A program made the position numbers and the translations under genes. Positions 1-12,300 of a DNA stretch of 64,000 nucleotides are shown here, in pieces. The first letter of the stretch is position 1; every line of letters starts with the position of its first letter. The DNA lies in assembly GCF_018350175.1 (NCBI RefSeq), contig NC_058369.1, positions 21,144,001-21,208,000 of the forward strand. The letters run 5' to 3'. This DNA comes from Felis catus (Eukaryota). The notes under the pieces are model-generated. The model was not told the DNA's origin, searched no databases, and saw nothing but the letters and a program-made list of their open reading frames with translations.

Positions 1-3000
1 CTTCTCCTGTACACCCAGCAACCCCTGCTCCCACCCAGACCGTGGTGGCTGCTCAGAAAATGTCAGTCTCACTGTCTCTCTCCTGAAGCCCTGACCCAGG
101 GGTGGGAGGGTCAGCCCACCATCCTGCAGAGCTGAGTCATTTCATCGTGGCTCTCACAGGCTGAGTGTGTCCCTGGGGCCCTGGGCAACCACCACTGCAC
201 ATGCCACAAAGGCTGGAGCGGGGACGGCCGTGTCTGTGTGGCCATCGACGAGTGTGAGCTGGATGTGAGAGGTGGTTGTCACGCCGATGCCCTCTGCAGC
301 TACGTGGGACCTGGGCAGGTGAGGCACAGCAAGCCTAGAGGCAGCAGAGTGGGGCAAGGGGTCTTCATTCTGGGGGTCTCTCACCCCACCCCATCTGGCT
401 CCATGGGCATCCACTCCCAAGAACTCCAGCTGAGGGTCTCACATCTCAGACACAAGTGAGAATGCAGGTCTGGAATGTTGAGTTGTGTAGTCTAGAAGCA
501 GCAGACGTGTCCTGGAGACAACATGAAGGCCATGACAGTTTTAAAGGAAGGCGCATTCTAGCACCAGTCCAAGGCTGCCTATTCCCCAAATCAGAAGGCC
601 GCGGCTCCCATCCCTCGGGATGAGGACTCTCGTAACTGAGTCCACGAGTCCTCTGCTCTTTCTGGCCTCAGGGCCACTGTCTTCTGACCATGAGTTCACT
701 CATTCACTCACTGGTTTCCCACACGGCACCAGGAGTGTGTTACATGCTAGTCCCTATTCTAGACTTAGGAATTCAAAGCTGAGCAAAGCAGGGGGAGACT
801 CCTGCCCAAGGAAAGTGGCATCCCCAAATGTTTAGACTCCTGGAAATCCAGCTGTGGAGCTTTGCAGCCTCAGACCCCAGCCACAGGGTCTGAGCATCTG
901 GAGTTTTCCTTGTGAGGCACATCAGACCCGTGAACCTGAGGACTAGGTGGCACTCAAGTGTCTAGTATGCCGATCGGGAGACCAGGCCTGGCTGGCTCTG
1001 GGTCAGTGTGTGCAGGGACCTTTCTCATGATGGTTGGGGCCACCCGCCTGTGGGGTGTCCATGGCGAGCACCCAGCTGGCTATGAGGGCTGGCACTCTCC
1101 ACTCCACAAGAAGCTACACAATGTTAAAGTCCTGAACCGAGGACCAGAATAAGCAGGTTGAGATTCCCCCAACTTGCAGAGGAGGGCGACTGAGATCTGG
1201 GGAGTGTCACCACTCAGCTGCAGTGGGGACAAGCCCAAGACACAGGCATTCAGTGGGAAGGATCAGAGCAGGGTGGCAGGGTCAGAGGTGGGTCTGTGCC
1301 GCCAGCCCTGGGGCCAGCCTTGCCAACACCTGCCTGCTCACCACACGTTGCTGACCTCTCCCAGGCCTGAGGGCAGAGGGGTACCAAGTCCCCATGGATG
1401 CTTCCCTGCCGATGCCATCACTTCTGTTGGCTCATCTGGAGAGCCAGCCCCCCCTCAGGGCCTCAGAATCCTGATCTGGAGAAGCTCCATGTGTCTGAAC
1501 AAGGCTCCCCAGGACATAAGGCCCATGGACAGCTGGGGAGTGGAGGAGGAGAGGGGCGTGCCCCTGGTGAGATAAGGCCCTCTGCTTCTAACCTCTCCAG
1601 AGCCGGTGCACCTGCAAGCTGGGATTCGCAGGGGATGGCTATGTGTGCAGTCCTATTGACCCCTGCCGGGCAGGCAACGGTGGCTGCCATGACCTGGTGA
1701 GGGGGCGAGAGGGCTCGGAGCCTGGGGGAGGCTCTCTGGTTGTCCCTGTCTATGGCCAGGATTGGAATCCAAGCCACAAATCCAAACCATGTCACCCCTT
1801 TGTCCACGTATAGAGCTTTCACTTGTTCTTAAGGCCCCAACCCCTGCCCTGCCTCCCGTCTCCTCCCTTGCCCCCTACCCTCTTCTATGCTCTTGTGGCC
1901 TTTTTGAGCCCATTGCTGTCTGTCCCGACTTCATTCTGCTCTAACACCACTGCACCTCTGCCCACGTATTCTGGAAGGCCTCCCAGCTAGCTCCTCCTGC
2001 TCTCAGTTCAGGCGTCTCCTCCTGGGTGCTCCCTCAACCCTGGGCTTTCCCAACTCATCTGTCATGATGAAGTGGGGTAACTCATGTCAAGTGCTCAGTG
2101 ACCTTGGAGACCTAGGGCCAGGCATACCAAAGGAGCAACATGAATGCAGACTGGCTGGATGGACAGACAGATGGTGGGGCTGGGTAGCAAGACAGGCAGG
2201 CAGCAGGAAGATAGATGATAAGGGTGAACAGAGAGATGGGGTGCTGTCCAGCTTGCCATCTGAGTACTGAACGGAGGGCCCTGTCTCTTTGCCCCACCTG
2301 CAATTCAGGCCACCTGCCAAGCAGTGGGGGGAGGTCAGCGGGTCTGCACATGCCCCTCTGGCTATGGGGGTGATGGCTTCAACTGCTACGGGGACATCTT
2401 CCGGGTGAGTGGGTCCCTGTGTTTGGCAGGGTGGCGGTGGTGGTGGGGGGGGGTCCTTTCACACACCTCAGGTGGGAAGAGGCAGTGCTCAGGGTCCTGG
2501 TGAGGAGGGGGCTTGGGTTTGTCCCTAGACTGATGACTTCAGCTTTTTCCCTTCCCTTAGGAGCTGGAGGCAAATGCCCACTTCTCTGTCTTCTACCAGT
2601 GGATCAAGGTAGGACAGGGCAGAATACTGGGGTTGGGGCTCAAATCCAGGAGGCCTCCCTGGATGCAGAGGTGCCACATAATAGCTCCAAGAGCTGGAGG
2701 TGGGGGCAGGCCTGCAGGCTGGGAGCAAGCAATCTCAGGTGGCTGCCTTCATTACTCCCCCTGCCCCCCTGTCACCATGCGCACAGAGTGCTGGCATCAC
2801 TCTTCCTACCGACAGCCGAGTCACAGCCCTGGTGCCCTCTGAGTCTGCCATCCGTAGGCTGAGCCCCGAGGACCAGGCCTTCTGGCTGCAGCCAAGGATG
2901 CTACCGCACCTGGTCAGGTGGGCAGCCAGGGCAGGGAGCTGGGTTGGGAAAGGGACTTCTGTGTGAGATCCCGCCCCTCCCCAGAGGTTCTCATTCTGAC

Positions 3001-6000
3001 GACCTATGTCCACCTGTTGGGGTGGAGCCTGGTCCCAGGGTAGGTTACACTAACCTGATTCCGTGCCCCACAGGGCCCATTTTCTCCAGGGTGCCCTCTC
3101 TGAGGAGGAGCTAGCCCGGCTGGCTGGGCAGGATGTGGCCACCCTGAGCCCCACCACACGCTGGGAGATTCACAACATCAGTGGGGTACGTGGTGAACTC
3201 TGGGCAGGAGAGGGGGTCGTGCAGAACATGGTGGGGGACTTCCCAGAAGGGGGTCCCCGGTGATGAGATTGAGGTCCCCTCGACCTCCACAGGGCCGGCA
3301 GAGGGCATACTCAGGACAGTGTCTTGGGACCAGCAGTGACTGCCCTGCCAGGGGCCGTCTGTTTGTCTTTCTCTGCATGTGCATACCTGTCCCTTTTGTG
3401 CATGGGTCCTGGTGTGGGTCTGTGTACCCATCTGGTAGGTTCTCTGGGTGTCTGGGCCAGGCTAGGGGCCACCGGTAGCTGCCTGTGTGCCCAGCAGAGT
3501 CTCTGTTGGTGCTGTACCCGCTCTTAAGTGTCTACCTGTGACTCCCTGTGGCTGAGCCCTGCTTGCTGTTTTCCAGAGGGTCTGGGTACAGAATGCCAGC
3601 GTGGATGTGGCTGACCTCCTTGCCACCAATGGTGTCCTACATGTCCTCAGCCAGGTATGGCCAGAGGGGTGTGCACAGGGAACATCCTAAGCTGAGGGGC
3701 ACTGACATACTGACCAGCCCCTATGCTCCACGTCAGGTCTTACTGCCTCCGAGAGGGGACGCACTGCACGGGCAGGGGTTGCTGCAGCAGCTAGACTCGG
3801 TGCCTGCCTTCCACCTCTTCCGGGAGCTGCTGCAGGTAAGGAACAGAGGAGAGAGGGGGAGTGCCTGGTCGGGGCGCCCTCCCCTGGGCCTGGAGGGAGG
3901 TGGTTGGCCCCGGGGTTGGGACTGAGGGGGATTATGCCCATTGGTGACCCTGGCCTCCTGCCCCCAGCACCACAGCCTGGTGCCCCAGATCGAGGCAGCC
4001 ACGGCCTACACCATCTTCGTGCCCACAAACCGTTCTCTGGAGGCCCAGGGAAACAGCAGCATCCTGGTGAGGTCACTGGGATAGGGCCACTGAAGGGGAG
4101 GGTGAAAACCTGGGGGAGCTTCCCATCCTATGACAAAGGGACAGGGCAGGTGGAACATACTGTCCTGGGCACTTGGTGTTCCCCGGAGTCCCTGAGCTTC
4201 TTCTCTGCCAGGATGCAGACACAGTGCGACATCACGTGATCCTGGGGGAAGCCCTCTCCACAGAATCCCTGCAGAAAGGGGGACACCGCAACTCTCTCCT
4301 GGGCCCTGCCCACTGGCTCGTCTTCTACAACCATAGCGGCCAGGTCTGCGGGGGTCGGGGGCTGGGAGCCTGCAAGCTCTGCTCCAGAGACCACCCGTCC
4401 TGGAGACCGCCCCCCCCCCCACGCCTCCCCCCCCAAGGTGAGGGTGGTAAGTGTGGGGGGTGGACTCAGCCTCCTACTGTCCTCCTCAGCCTGAGGTGAA
4501 CCACATGCCGCTGGAAGGCCCTGTGCTGGAGGCCCCTGGCCGCTCGTTGTTTGGCCTGTCGGGGGTCCTGACTGTGGGCTCAAGCCGCTGCCTGCATAGC
4601 CACGCCGAGTCCCTGCGGGTGAGAGGCCGAAGCCGGTGGGGAGGATAGCTGGGGGTTCAGAACTGGGAAGTGCTGGCTGGCCTGGCTGGCAGGGCAGGGC
4701 AGTTGGTCAGGGGTGGGACAGGAAGGAAGGTGAGTTGGGGGGGCCCCCCATCCCAGGACCACCTGAAAGCTCTGCCCTCCCTCCCCGCAGGAGAAATGCA
4801 TAAACTGCACCCGGAAATTCCGCTGCACTCAGGGCTTCCAGCTGGAGGTGAGGATGGGCCCAGCACAGCTCTGAGCTTCGCCTGCTCTCTGCTCCCAAGG
4901 TGTCTGAGCCCGCAGGGCCCAGTCGGCTCACCCAAGCCTGGGGAATGGAAGAGCAAGGGCTGCTTGACCTCCCTGGTAGAGGCCAGGAGGCCCAGGCCCA
5001 GGTCTGCCAGGAGGAGGCCTCACTCACTTGCAGCCCGAGGCCTGGGTCCCGCCTGCCATCTCCTCATCAGGTCTACCTGTCTTGATCCCTCCCTAATTTT
5101 CTGCTGTCCTGCTCATCTGTCTTACCCACTGATATCTGTCTGTCCTGATTGTCTGTCTCCCCATTCACTGTCTGCCCCTACTCAAGCGAAGGGCTGAGCC
5201 CTCCTTGCCTGCCCCTGTTTCCAGAACACTCCCAGGAAGAGCTGTGTCTACCGATCTGGCTACTCATTCTCCCGGGGCTGTTCTTACACTTGTGCCAAGA
5301 AGATCCAGGTTTGCCTTGTGGCACCCCCACCCCCAAGTCTAACCAGAAAGGGGGAAGTGGGAGTGCAGGCCCAGGGGAGAAACCTGGCCTAGATTTCAAA
5401 GGCAGAGGCTGCGCTTGGACTAGGGTTGAGGCCAGAGGGGCAAGGGCCCAGAGGGAGGGTAAGGGGGAGAGGTCTGAGGTCAGTGGGGCCAGTGTTGGTC
5501 CCCATGGCCACACCCCAGGAGGTAGGGACGGGGAGAGGGGAAAGGGGCTCAGCCCAGACACTGTCAACCAGGCCCCAGGGGCAGCTGCTGGGCCCAGCTC
5601 TGTCTCTCACTGTGAGACCCGGCACAGCTGTCGCCTGCCCGAGGCTCCGTTCCCTCGCCCCTGCCACGGGGAGGGTGGTAGAAGGCAGCCGCCATCTCCC
5701 TGGTTCCAACTTGCTTCATTTTATGGCTTTGTGGCCTGTCCCCGCCCCACCCCTCCAACATTGCCCCACCCCCCACTTCCCTCCTCCTACGTGCCGGGCC
5801 TCTCCCTGCCCCCTCCCTGCAGGTGCCTGACTGCTGCCCTGGCTTCTTCGGCACGCTGTGTGAGCCATGCCCGGGGGGACTGGGTGGTGTGTGCTCGGGC
5901 CACGGGCAGTGCCAGGACCGGCTCCTGGGCAGCGGAGAGTGCCACTGCCACGAGGGCTTCCATGGAACAGCCTGTGAGATGTGCGAGCTGGGCCGCTATG

Positions 6001-9000
6001 GGCCCACCTGTGCCGGAGGTGACTGGAGAGGGTGGAGGACGGTAGGCACGGGGATGGACCAGCAGAGTCAGGACGGGAGCACTGGGTGACTCCTGTCCCC
6101 CCTTGTTCTGCTCCCAGTCTGCGACTGTGCCCATGGGCTGTGCCAGGAGGGGCTCCAAGGGGATGGAAGCTGTGTCTGTCATGCGGGCTGGCAGGGCCCC
6201 CGCTGTGACCAGAGTGAGTGGCCTCAAGGAGGAGAGGTGGGTGACTCCTGGGGAGGTGGTTCCTGGGTCCAAATGACCAGAACCATCTTCTCACCCCTCC
6301 AGAGATCAGCGGCCCTCAATGCCCAAAGAAGTGCGATCCCAATGCCAAGTGAGTGAGCTCAGCCTGGGGCAGGTGGGCAAGTGGGTAGGGGTGCTGGGGG
6401 CAGGGAAGGGCCAGGCAGACATAGGCTGAGCTCTTGCCACCCCTCCCAGCTGCGTACAGGACTCGGCTACAGCCCCGGCCTGTGTCTGTGCTGCGGGCTA
6501 CTCAGGCGACGGCGTCCACTGTTCAGGTCCAGTCACACACGGATGCTCCGGGCCCCCACCCTGACATTTGCAGTGGCTTTCCCTGCAGAGCCCTCTCCGG
6601 TCCCTCTGAATCTAGTTTCGATCCCAGTCCCATCTTGGGGCCTGCCCTTCCCTCTGACCTCTTCCTTTCTCCCGCGTCCTCTTCCCTTGTCCCCACTCTG
6701 TCCCTGTGCCAGCTCCTCACAACTCTCTGGGATCATCTGCCCCTAGAGGTGGACCCTTGTGCCCGTGACCACGGGGGCTGTTCCCCTCACGCCAACTGTA
6801 CCAAGGTGGCGCCTGGGCAGCGGACGTGCACCTGCCAGGATGGCTACACAGGAGATGGGGAGCTGTGCCAGGGTGAGGCTGGGGTCCCTACCCTGGGCGT
6901 ACATGGGGCCAGGGGTCTGGCTTCAGTGTCGTGAGTCACACTAGGTGAGGCTGAGGGGCCCACGGGGGGCCCTGAGAGCATGGGGGTGAGTACCTGATGG
7001 CATAGATGAAGGGCCGCCTAGGGCCTCCTCTCATCCCCGCGTCTCTTCCCCCAGAAGTTAACAGCTGTCTCATCCACCACGGGGGCTGCCACATGCATGC
7101 TGAATGTATCCCTACAGGCCCCCAGCAGGTCAGCACAACAGAGGTGGACACTGGGACTGTGCCATTCCCTCGTAGGGTGGGGCCCCCCTCAGACCAGGCG
7201 GGGTGCTCCTTCTGTCAAGGGTGCTGGCCTGCTCTTGGGGCCCAGCAGCCGCACTGATTAGGGTTTGGGACAGGTCTCCTGCAGCTGCCGTGAGGGTTAC
7301 AGTGGGGATGGCATCCGGACCTGTGAACTCCTGGACCCTTGCTCCCAGGTCAGGGCCTAGCCCCACCTCATTTCATAGGGGAAGGGGACTGAGGCAGGAA
7401 CCAGCCTTCCTTGCCCCCATCAGGGTCCCAAGGGCCTCCGAAGGGTAAGCCGCCCTCCCACAAGCTCCAGTATGACTGATCAGTAGCAAACCGAGCTTTG
7501 GGGGTTGGACGGGGGTCTTCGTGGCCCCTTACTCAGGGATGGGGCAGAGGAGTCCGAGAGCCACTGATGCCTCTCCCTCTCCTATCCCTGTCTCAGAGTA
7601 ACGGAGGCTGCAGCCCCTATGCTGTGTGTAAAAGCACAGGGGATGGCCAGAGGACGTGTACCTGTGACGCAGCCCACACCGTGGGTGATGGCTTCACCTG
7701 CCGTGCCCGAGTTGGCCTGGTAATGATGCCCAAGTTAGACCCCTGACCCAACCTTGGCTATGCCTCCCCATGGGCCTCACCCATGATATTAAGACCCCAG
7801 GTTTGATCCTGATCCTGGCCTTAACCGTGACCCTGACCCCTGACTCTACCTGGGCCTGACCCAGCTATGATCCATGAAACTAATCCTAACCCTAGCTCAG
7901 ACCCCCGGCTTTCCTTTCCTCATCTCTGCCTTGGCCAGACCTTGGGCTGCAGGTGCTGGGACAGGCACCAGGCCCTGAATGGGGGCCACCCAAAATCTGA
8001 GCTGATCCTCGCCCCCCCCAGGAGCTCCTTCGGGACAGGCATGCCTCATTCTTCAGCCTCCACCTCCTGGTGAGTGACCAACTGGCTTCCAATTCCTCAG
8101 TCTGTCCTGGGTCTCTCTGATCTGTCAGTCCCACCGGTCTCTGGGCCTTCAGGTTCTCATTTGGTCAGGGGGTTGGCTGTTCTGGTCTCTCAGAGTCCAA
8201 GTCTTTCCAGGAGGATCCATGGAAGCCCTGAGTTGGTCGAAAGTTACCCCTTCTGCACTCAAGCTGTTTCCCCCTCCCCGCAGGAATACAAGGAGCTCAA
8301 GGGCGATGGGCCTTTCACAGTCTTTGTGCCTCGCGCAGATCTAATGAGCAACCTGTCGCAGGTAATGCAGCCCTCCCCAACCCGCAGCGAGGCTGGGAAG
8401 GAAGGGGTGGGTATTCTGGGGCGTGGGCAGAGGCAGCAATCAGGGGCCTCCCTCTACCCTCCCGGACCCCCACTCCAGGATGAGCTGGCCCCGATTCGCG
8501 CCCACCGCCAGCTTGTGTTCCGCTACCACGTGGTCGGCTGCCGGCAGCTGAGGAGCCAGGAGCTGCTGGACGAGGGCTACGTCACCACGCTCTCAGGGCA
8601 CACGCTGCGCATCCACGAGAGGGAGGTGGGTCCGGGCCCCGCCCCCACCCTAAACGACCCAGAGACCCTGCCCCTGACCCCTGTGCTCTGACCCCACGCA
8701 GTTAAGACCTCACCTCCCTGGGCCTGGGCGGGCCTTAGTGACGGGGAGACCAGCTCCAGACCGTGCCCACTACCAAAGGCCTGTCCCCCAGGCCCGGGCC
8801 TTCCGAGCCTGGCTCCACCCCCACTCCCACCGGCCACACCTGGCTGCCTGCTGCCTTGACCGTGCCCACCTTCTGCCCCAAGACCCACCCAACGCAGGTT
8901 CCGCCCCACCTCAGGCCCCACCCACAGCATGAGTACCCCACCAATCGGCTTCATTCAGTCCTGGGCCCCACCCCCAGGGCAGCATCTATCTCAATGACTT

Positions 9001-9323
9001 CGCCCGTGTGGTGAGCAGTGACCACGAGGCTGTGAATGGCGTGCTGCACTTCATCGACCGAGTCCTGCTGCCGCCAGACGTGTTATACTGGAAGCCTGAC
9101 GTTGCCCCTATCCTGCGGGTATGACCTGGGCACAGGCCTGGGGGCTTACCGAGCAGGTTGCTGGGGGCCTCAGATGCTCCCTCCCTGCCTGACCTCAAGG
9201 CTCACAGGTGCCTTTCCACAGAGAAACGTCACCGCCGCTGCTGAGAGCTTTGGTTACAAGATCTTCAGCGGCCTCGTGAAGGTACTGCTCCCGTGGGTAG
9301 GCCTGTCAGTGTGTGCATTTGTG

Positions 9324-9358
<35 letters not shown>

Positions 9359-12300
9359 CAAATGTGTAAGTGTATATTCACCTGTCTGCACCCTTACATG
9401 TGTAAGCCTGTCCTTTGTGTGCGTACAGGCCGTCTGTGTATGTGAGCCTCCCAGTGTGAGCACATGGGTATGCTTATGTGTGTCCATGTACCCGAAAGTA
9501 GTCCGGGTGTGTGCAAGCTCATCCCTGCACATACGTCCATGTGTATCTGGCTACAGCCAAGAATGTGGCTGGCGGGAAGGCCCCCTGGGTCCCTGGAGCC
9601 CCTTCCTGGCCTCTGTGGTCCAGCCCCCTACCTCCGCCCACCGGTCTCTGACTGTCACACCTCTGCTTCTCCTTGCCAGGTGGCTGGCCTCCTGCCCCTG
9701 CTTCAGGATGCGGCCCACAGGCCCCTCACAATGCTGTGGCCCACAGACTCTGCCCTGCAAGCCCTGCCACCTGATCGCCAGGCCTGGCTGTACCATGAAG
9801 ACCACCGTGACAAGCTGGCAGCCATTCTGCGGGGCCATGTGATTCGCAACATTGAGGTGGGTATACCCCCAGTCCTTGGTCCCCACTGCCTGCCATCCAG
9901 CCTACCTGCCTGGCTCCAACCGTAGTCCCTTCTGCTCAGGCCTTGGCATCTGACCTGCCCAACCTGGGCCCGCTCCGCACCATGCATGGGACCCCCATCT
10001 CCTTCTCCTGCAGCCGCGTCCGGCCGGTGAGTGTGAGGAGAGGACTCAGATGAGGGAAGCAGGAGGCAGGGGCTCTGGCATTGGGGGGCCACAGTGCACC
10101 TGTGACCCCGTGTACTCTCCTTCCTCCGCCTGCAGGGTGAGCTCACCGTGGGTGAGGAGGATGCCCGCATCATGCAGCGGCACCTTCCCTTTGAGGGTGG
10201 CCTGGCCTATGGCATCGACCAGCTGCTGGAGCCACCTGGCCTTGGTGCCCGCTGTGACCGCTTTGAGACTCGACCTCTGCGGCTGGTGAGGGAGGCCATA
10301 GGTCAGAGGAGGAGGGGCAAGGGATCCTAGCCAAGGGACCTGTCTCATCCATCCATCTGACCTTGCCGTGTTGGCCTCTGTTCTTTACAGAAGATCTGTA
10401 GCATTTGCGGGCTAGAACCGCCTTGTCCTGAGGGTTCACGGGAGCAGGTAAGGGCCTGGAAGCTGGGTGGGGGTTCAGGCAGGGCCCAGGGACTCCAGGG
10501 CTGTTTGACTCCTCTTGGCCCAGGGCAGTCCTGAGACCTGCTGGCGGTACTACTCAAAGTTCTGGACGTCCCCTCCACTGCACTCCTTGGCACTGCGCAG
10601 CATTTGGGCCCGGTCTAGCCTCTGGGGTCAGCCCCAAGGCCTGGGCAGGGGCTGCCACCGCAACTGTGTCACCACCACCTGGAAGCCCAGCTGCTGCCCT
10701 GGTCACTATGGCAGCGAGTGCCGAGGTGAGTGTCCCAAGGTCGTGAGTGTCGCTGGCTGGCTCTTCTGGCACAGCTCCAGCCACTGCTCCGGGTAAAACA
10801 TGTTGGGGTGGTGGGGCCGGGGCAGGTCTGGGTGGTGAATGGATTTGGCCAGGAGAGAGTGCTCTGAGAGGCTGGGTGGGCATCTGTGGGATTCTCACCT
10901 GTGAGGGGACTTGGGTGGATTGTGGCTTCCGGAGGAGGCTCGACCGCCCCGGGTACAGGACGGATGGTGTGGCTGGGCTGGGGCTGCCTGTGGTGGGGGT
11001 CCCAGTGAGAGCCCTGGCCCCACCTCACTTCTCTCACCTCTCCACTAGCTTGCCCTGGTGGCGCCAGCAGCCCCTGTGGTGGCCACGGCGTGTGCATGGA
11101 CGGCATGAGTGGCAGCGGGCAGTGCCAGTGCCATGCGAGGTTTACAGGGACAGCGTGTGAACTCTGTGCCTCGGGTGCCTTTGGGCCCCAGTGCCAAGGT
11201 GGGCTCCCTGCCCCACCCTGTCCGACCCTGCCCTCTGAGCCCCACGGCCCACACGCCAACCCCATCAGCCTGCTGATCTCTCTCCCCAGCCTGCCGCTGC
11301 ACCTCCCATGGCCGCTGTGATGAGGGCCTTGGGGGCTCTGGCTCCTGCTTCTGTGATGAGGGCTGGACCGGGCCAAGCTGTGAGGTGCAGCTGAGTGAGT
11401 GCTGTCTGTGTTTGTGTCCACCTGAGTGCTTTTATATGCTCGCGTGTAGTGGCATGTGCCCCGACCACACACTCAGGTGGAGCCACTGAGGGTGGGTGGG
11501 AGGGGGTCCAGGGGCACCCAGGAGGGCAGCTCCTAACCTGGATATGCGGGGGATGCCTGGGGGACAGAGCTGCAGCCTGTGTGTGCCCCGCCCTGTGCGC
11601 CCGAGGCCGTGTGCCGCGCGGGCAACAGCTGTGAGTGCGGCCTGGGCTATGAAGGGGATGGCCGCTCGTGCACAGGTGAGTGGTGGGCAGGTGTGAGGTG
11701 GGAGGCCCCCTCCCCCCCCTGCCACCGGGGCCTGCCACTCTCTCCCTGCCCGCAGTGGCGGACCTGTGCCGGGATGGGCATGGCGGCTGCAGCGAGCACG
11801 CCACCTGCAGCCAAGCAGGCACAGTGGTCACCTGCACCTGCTTGCCCGCCTACGAGGGCGACGGCTGGAGCTGCCGGGCCCGCGACCCCTGTGCGGACGG
11901 CCACCGTGGGGGCTGCAGCGAGCACGCCGACTGCTTGAACACGGGCCCAGTGAGCAGCCGGGGAGTTGAGCGGCAGGGTGGGGAGGCTCCACAGAGCAGC
12001 ACCGCCCCCCCCCCCCCCCCCCCCCCCCCGGTCCCTGAAGAGCACCCGCCCACTCTCCCGCCCCAGAACACGAGGCGCTGTGTGTGCCATGCTGGCTACG
12101 TGGGTGACGGACTGCAGTGTCTGGAGGAGCCTGAGCCGCCCGTGGACCGCTGCCTGGGCCAGCCACCACCCTGTCACGTGGATGCTGTGTGCACTGACCT
12201 CCACTTCCAGGGTGTGCTTCCCTGCCCGCTCCCGGTGCCCCTGCTTTACCTCGGTGCTGCTGGGCTGATCACGCCTCCCTCCCTCTGCAGAGAAACAGGC

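Noticed and set aside
940..955. CTCF-like GGACTAGGTGGCAC in a STAB1 intron
   Set aside because: Mismatches the conserved 5' CC of the core; such matches are frequent in GC-rich DNA.
5149..6045. 298-aa ORF
   Set aside because: Off-frame read-through of STAB1 exons and a GC-rich intron; no recognisable domain.
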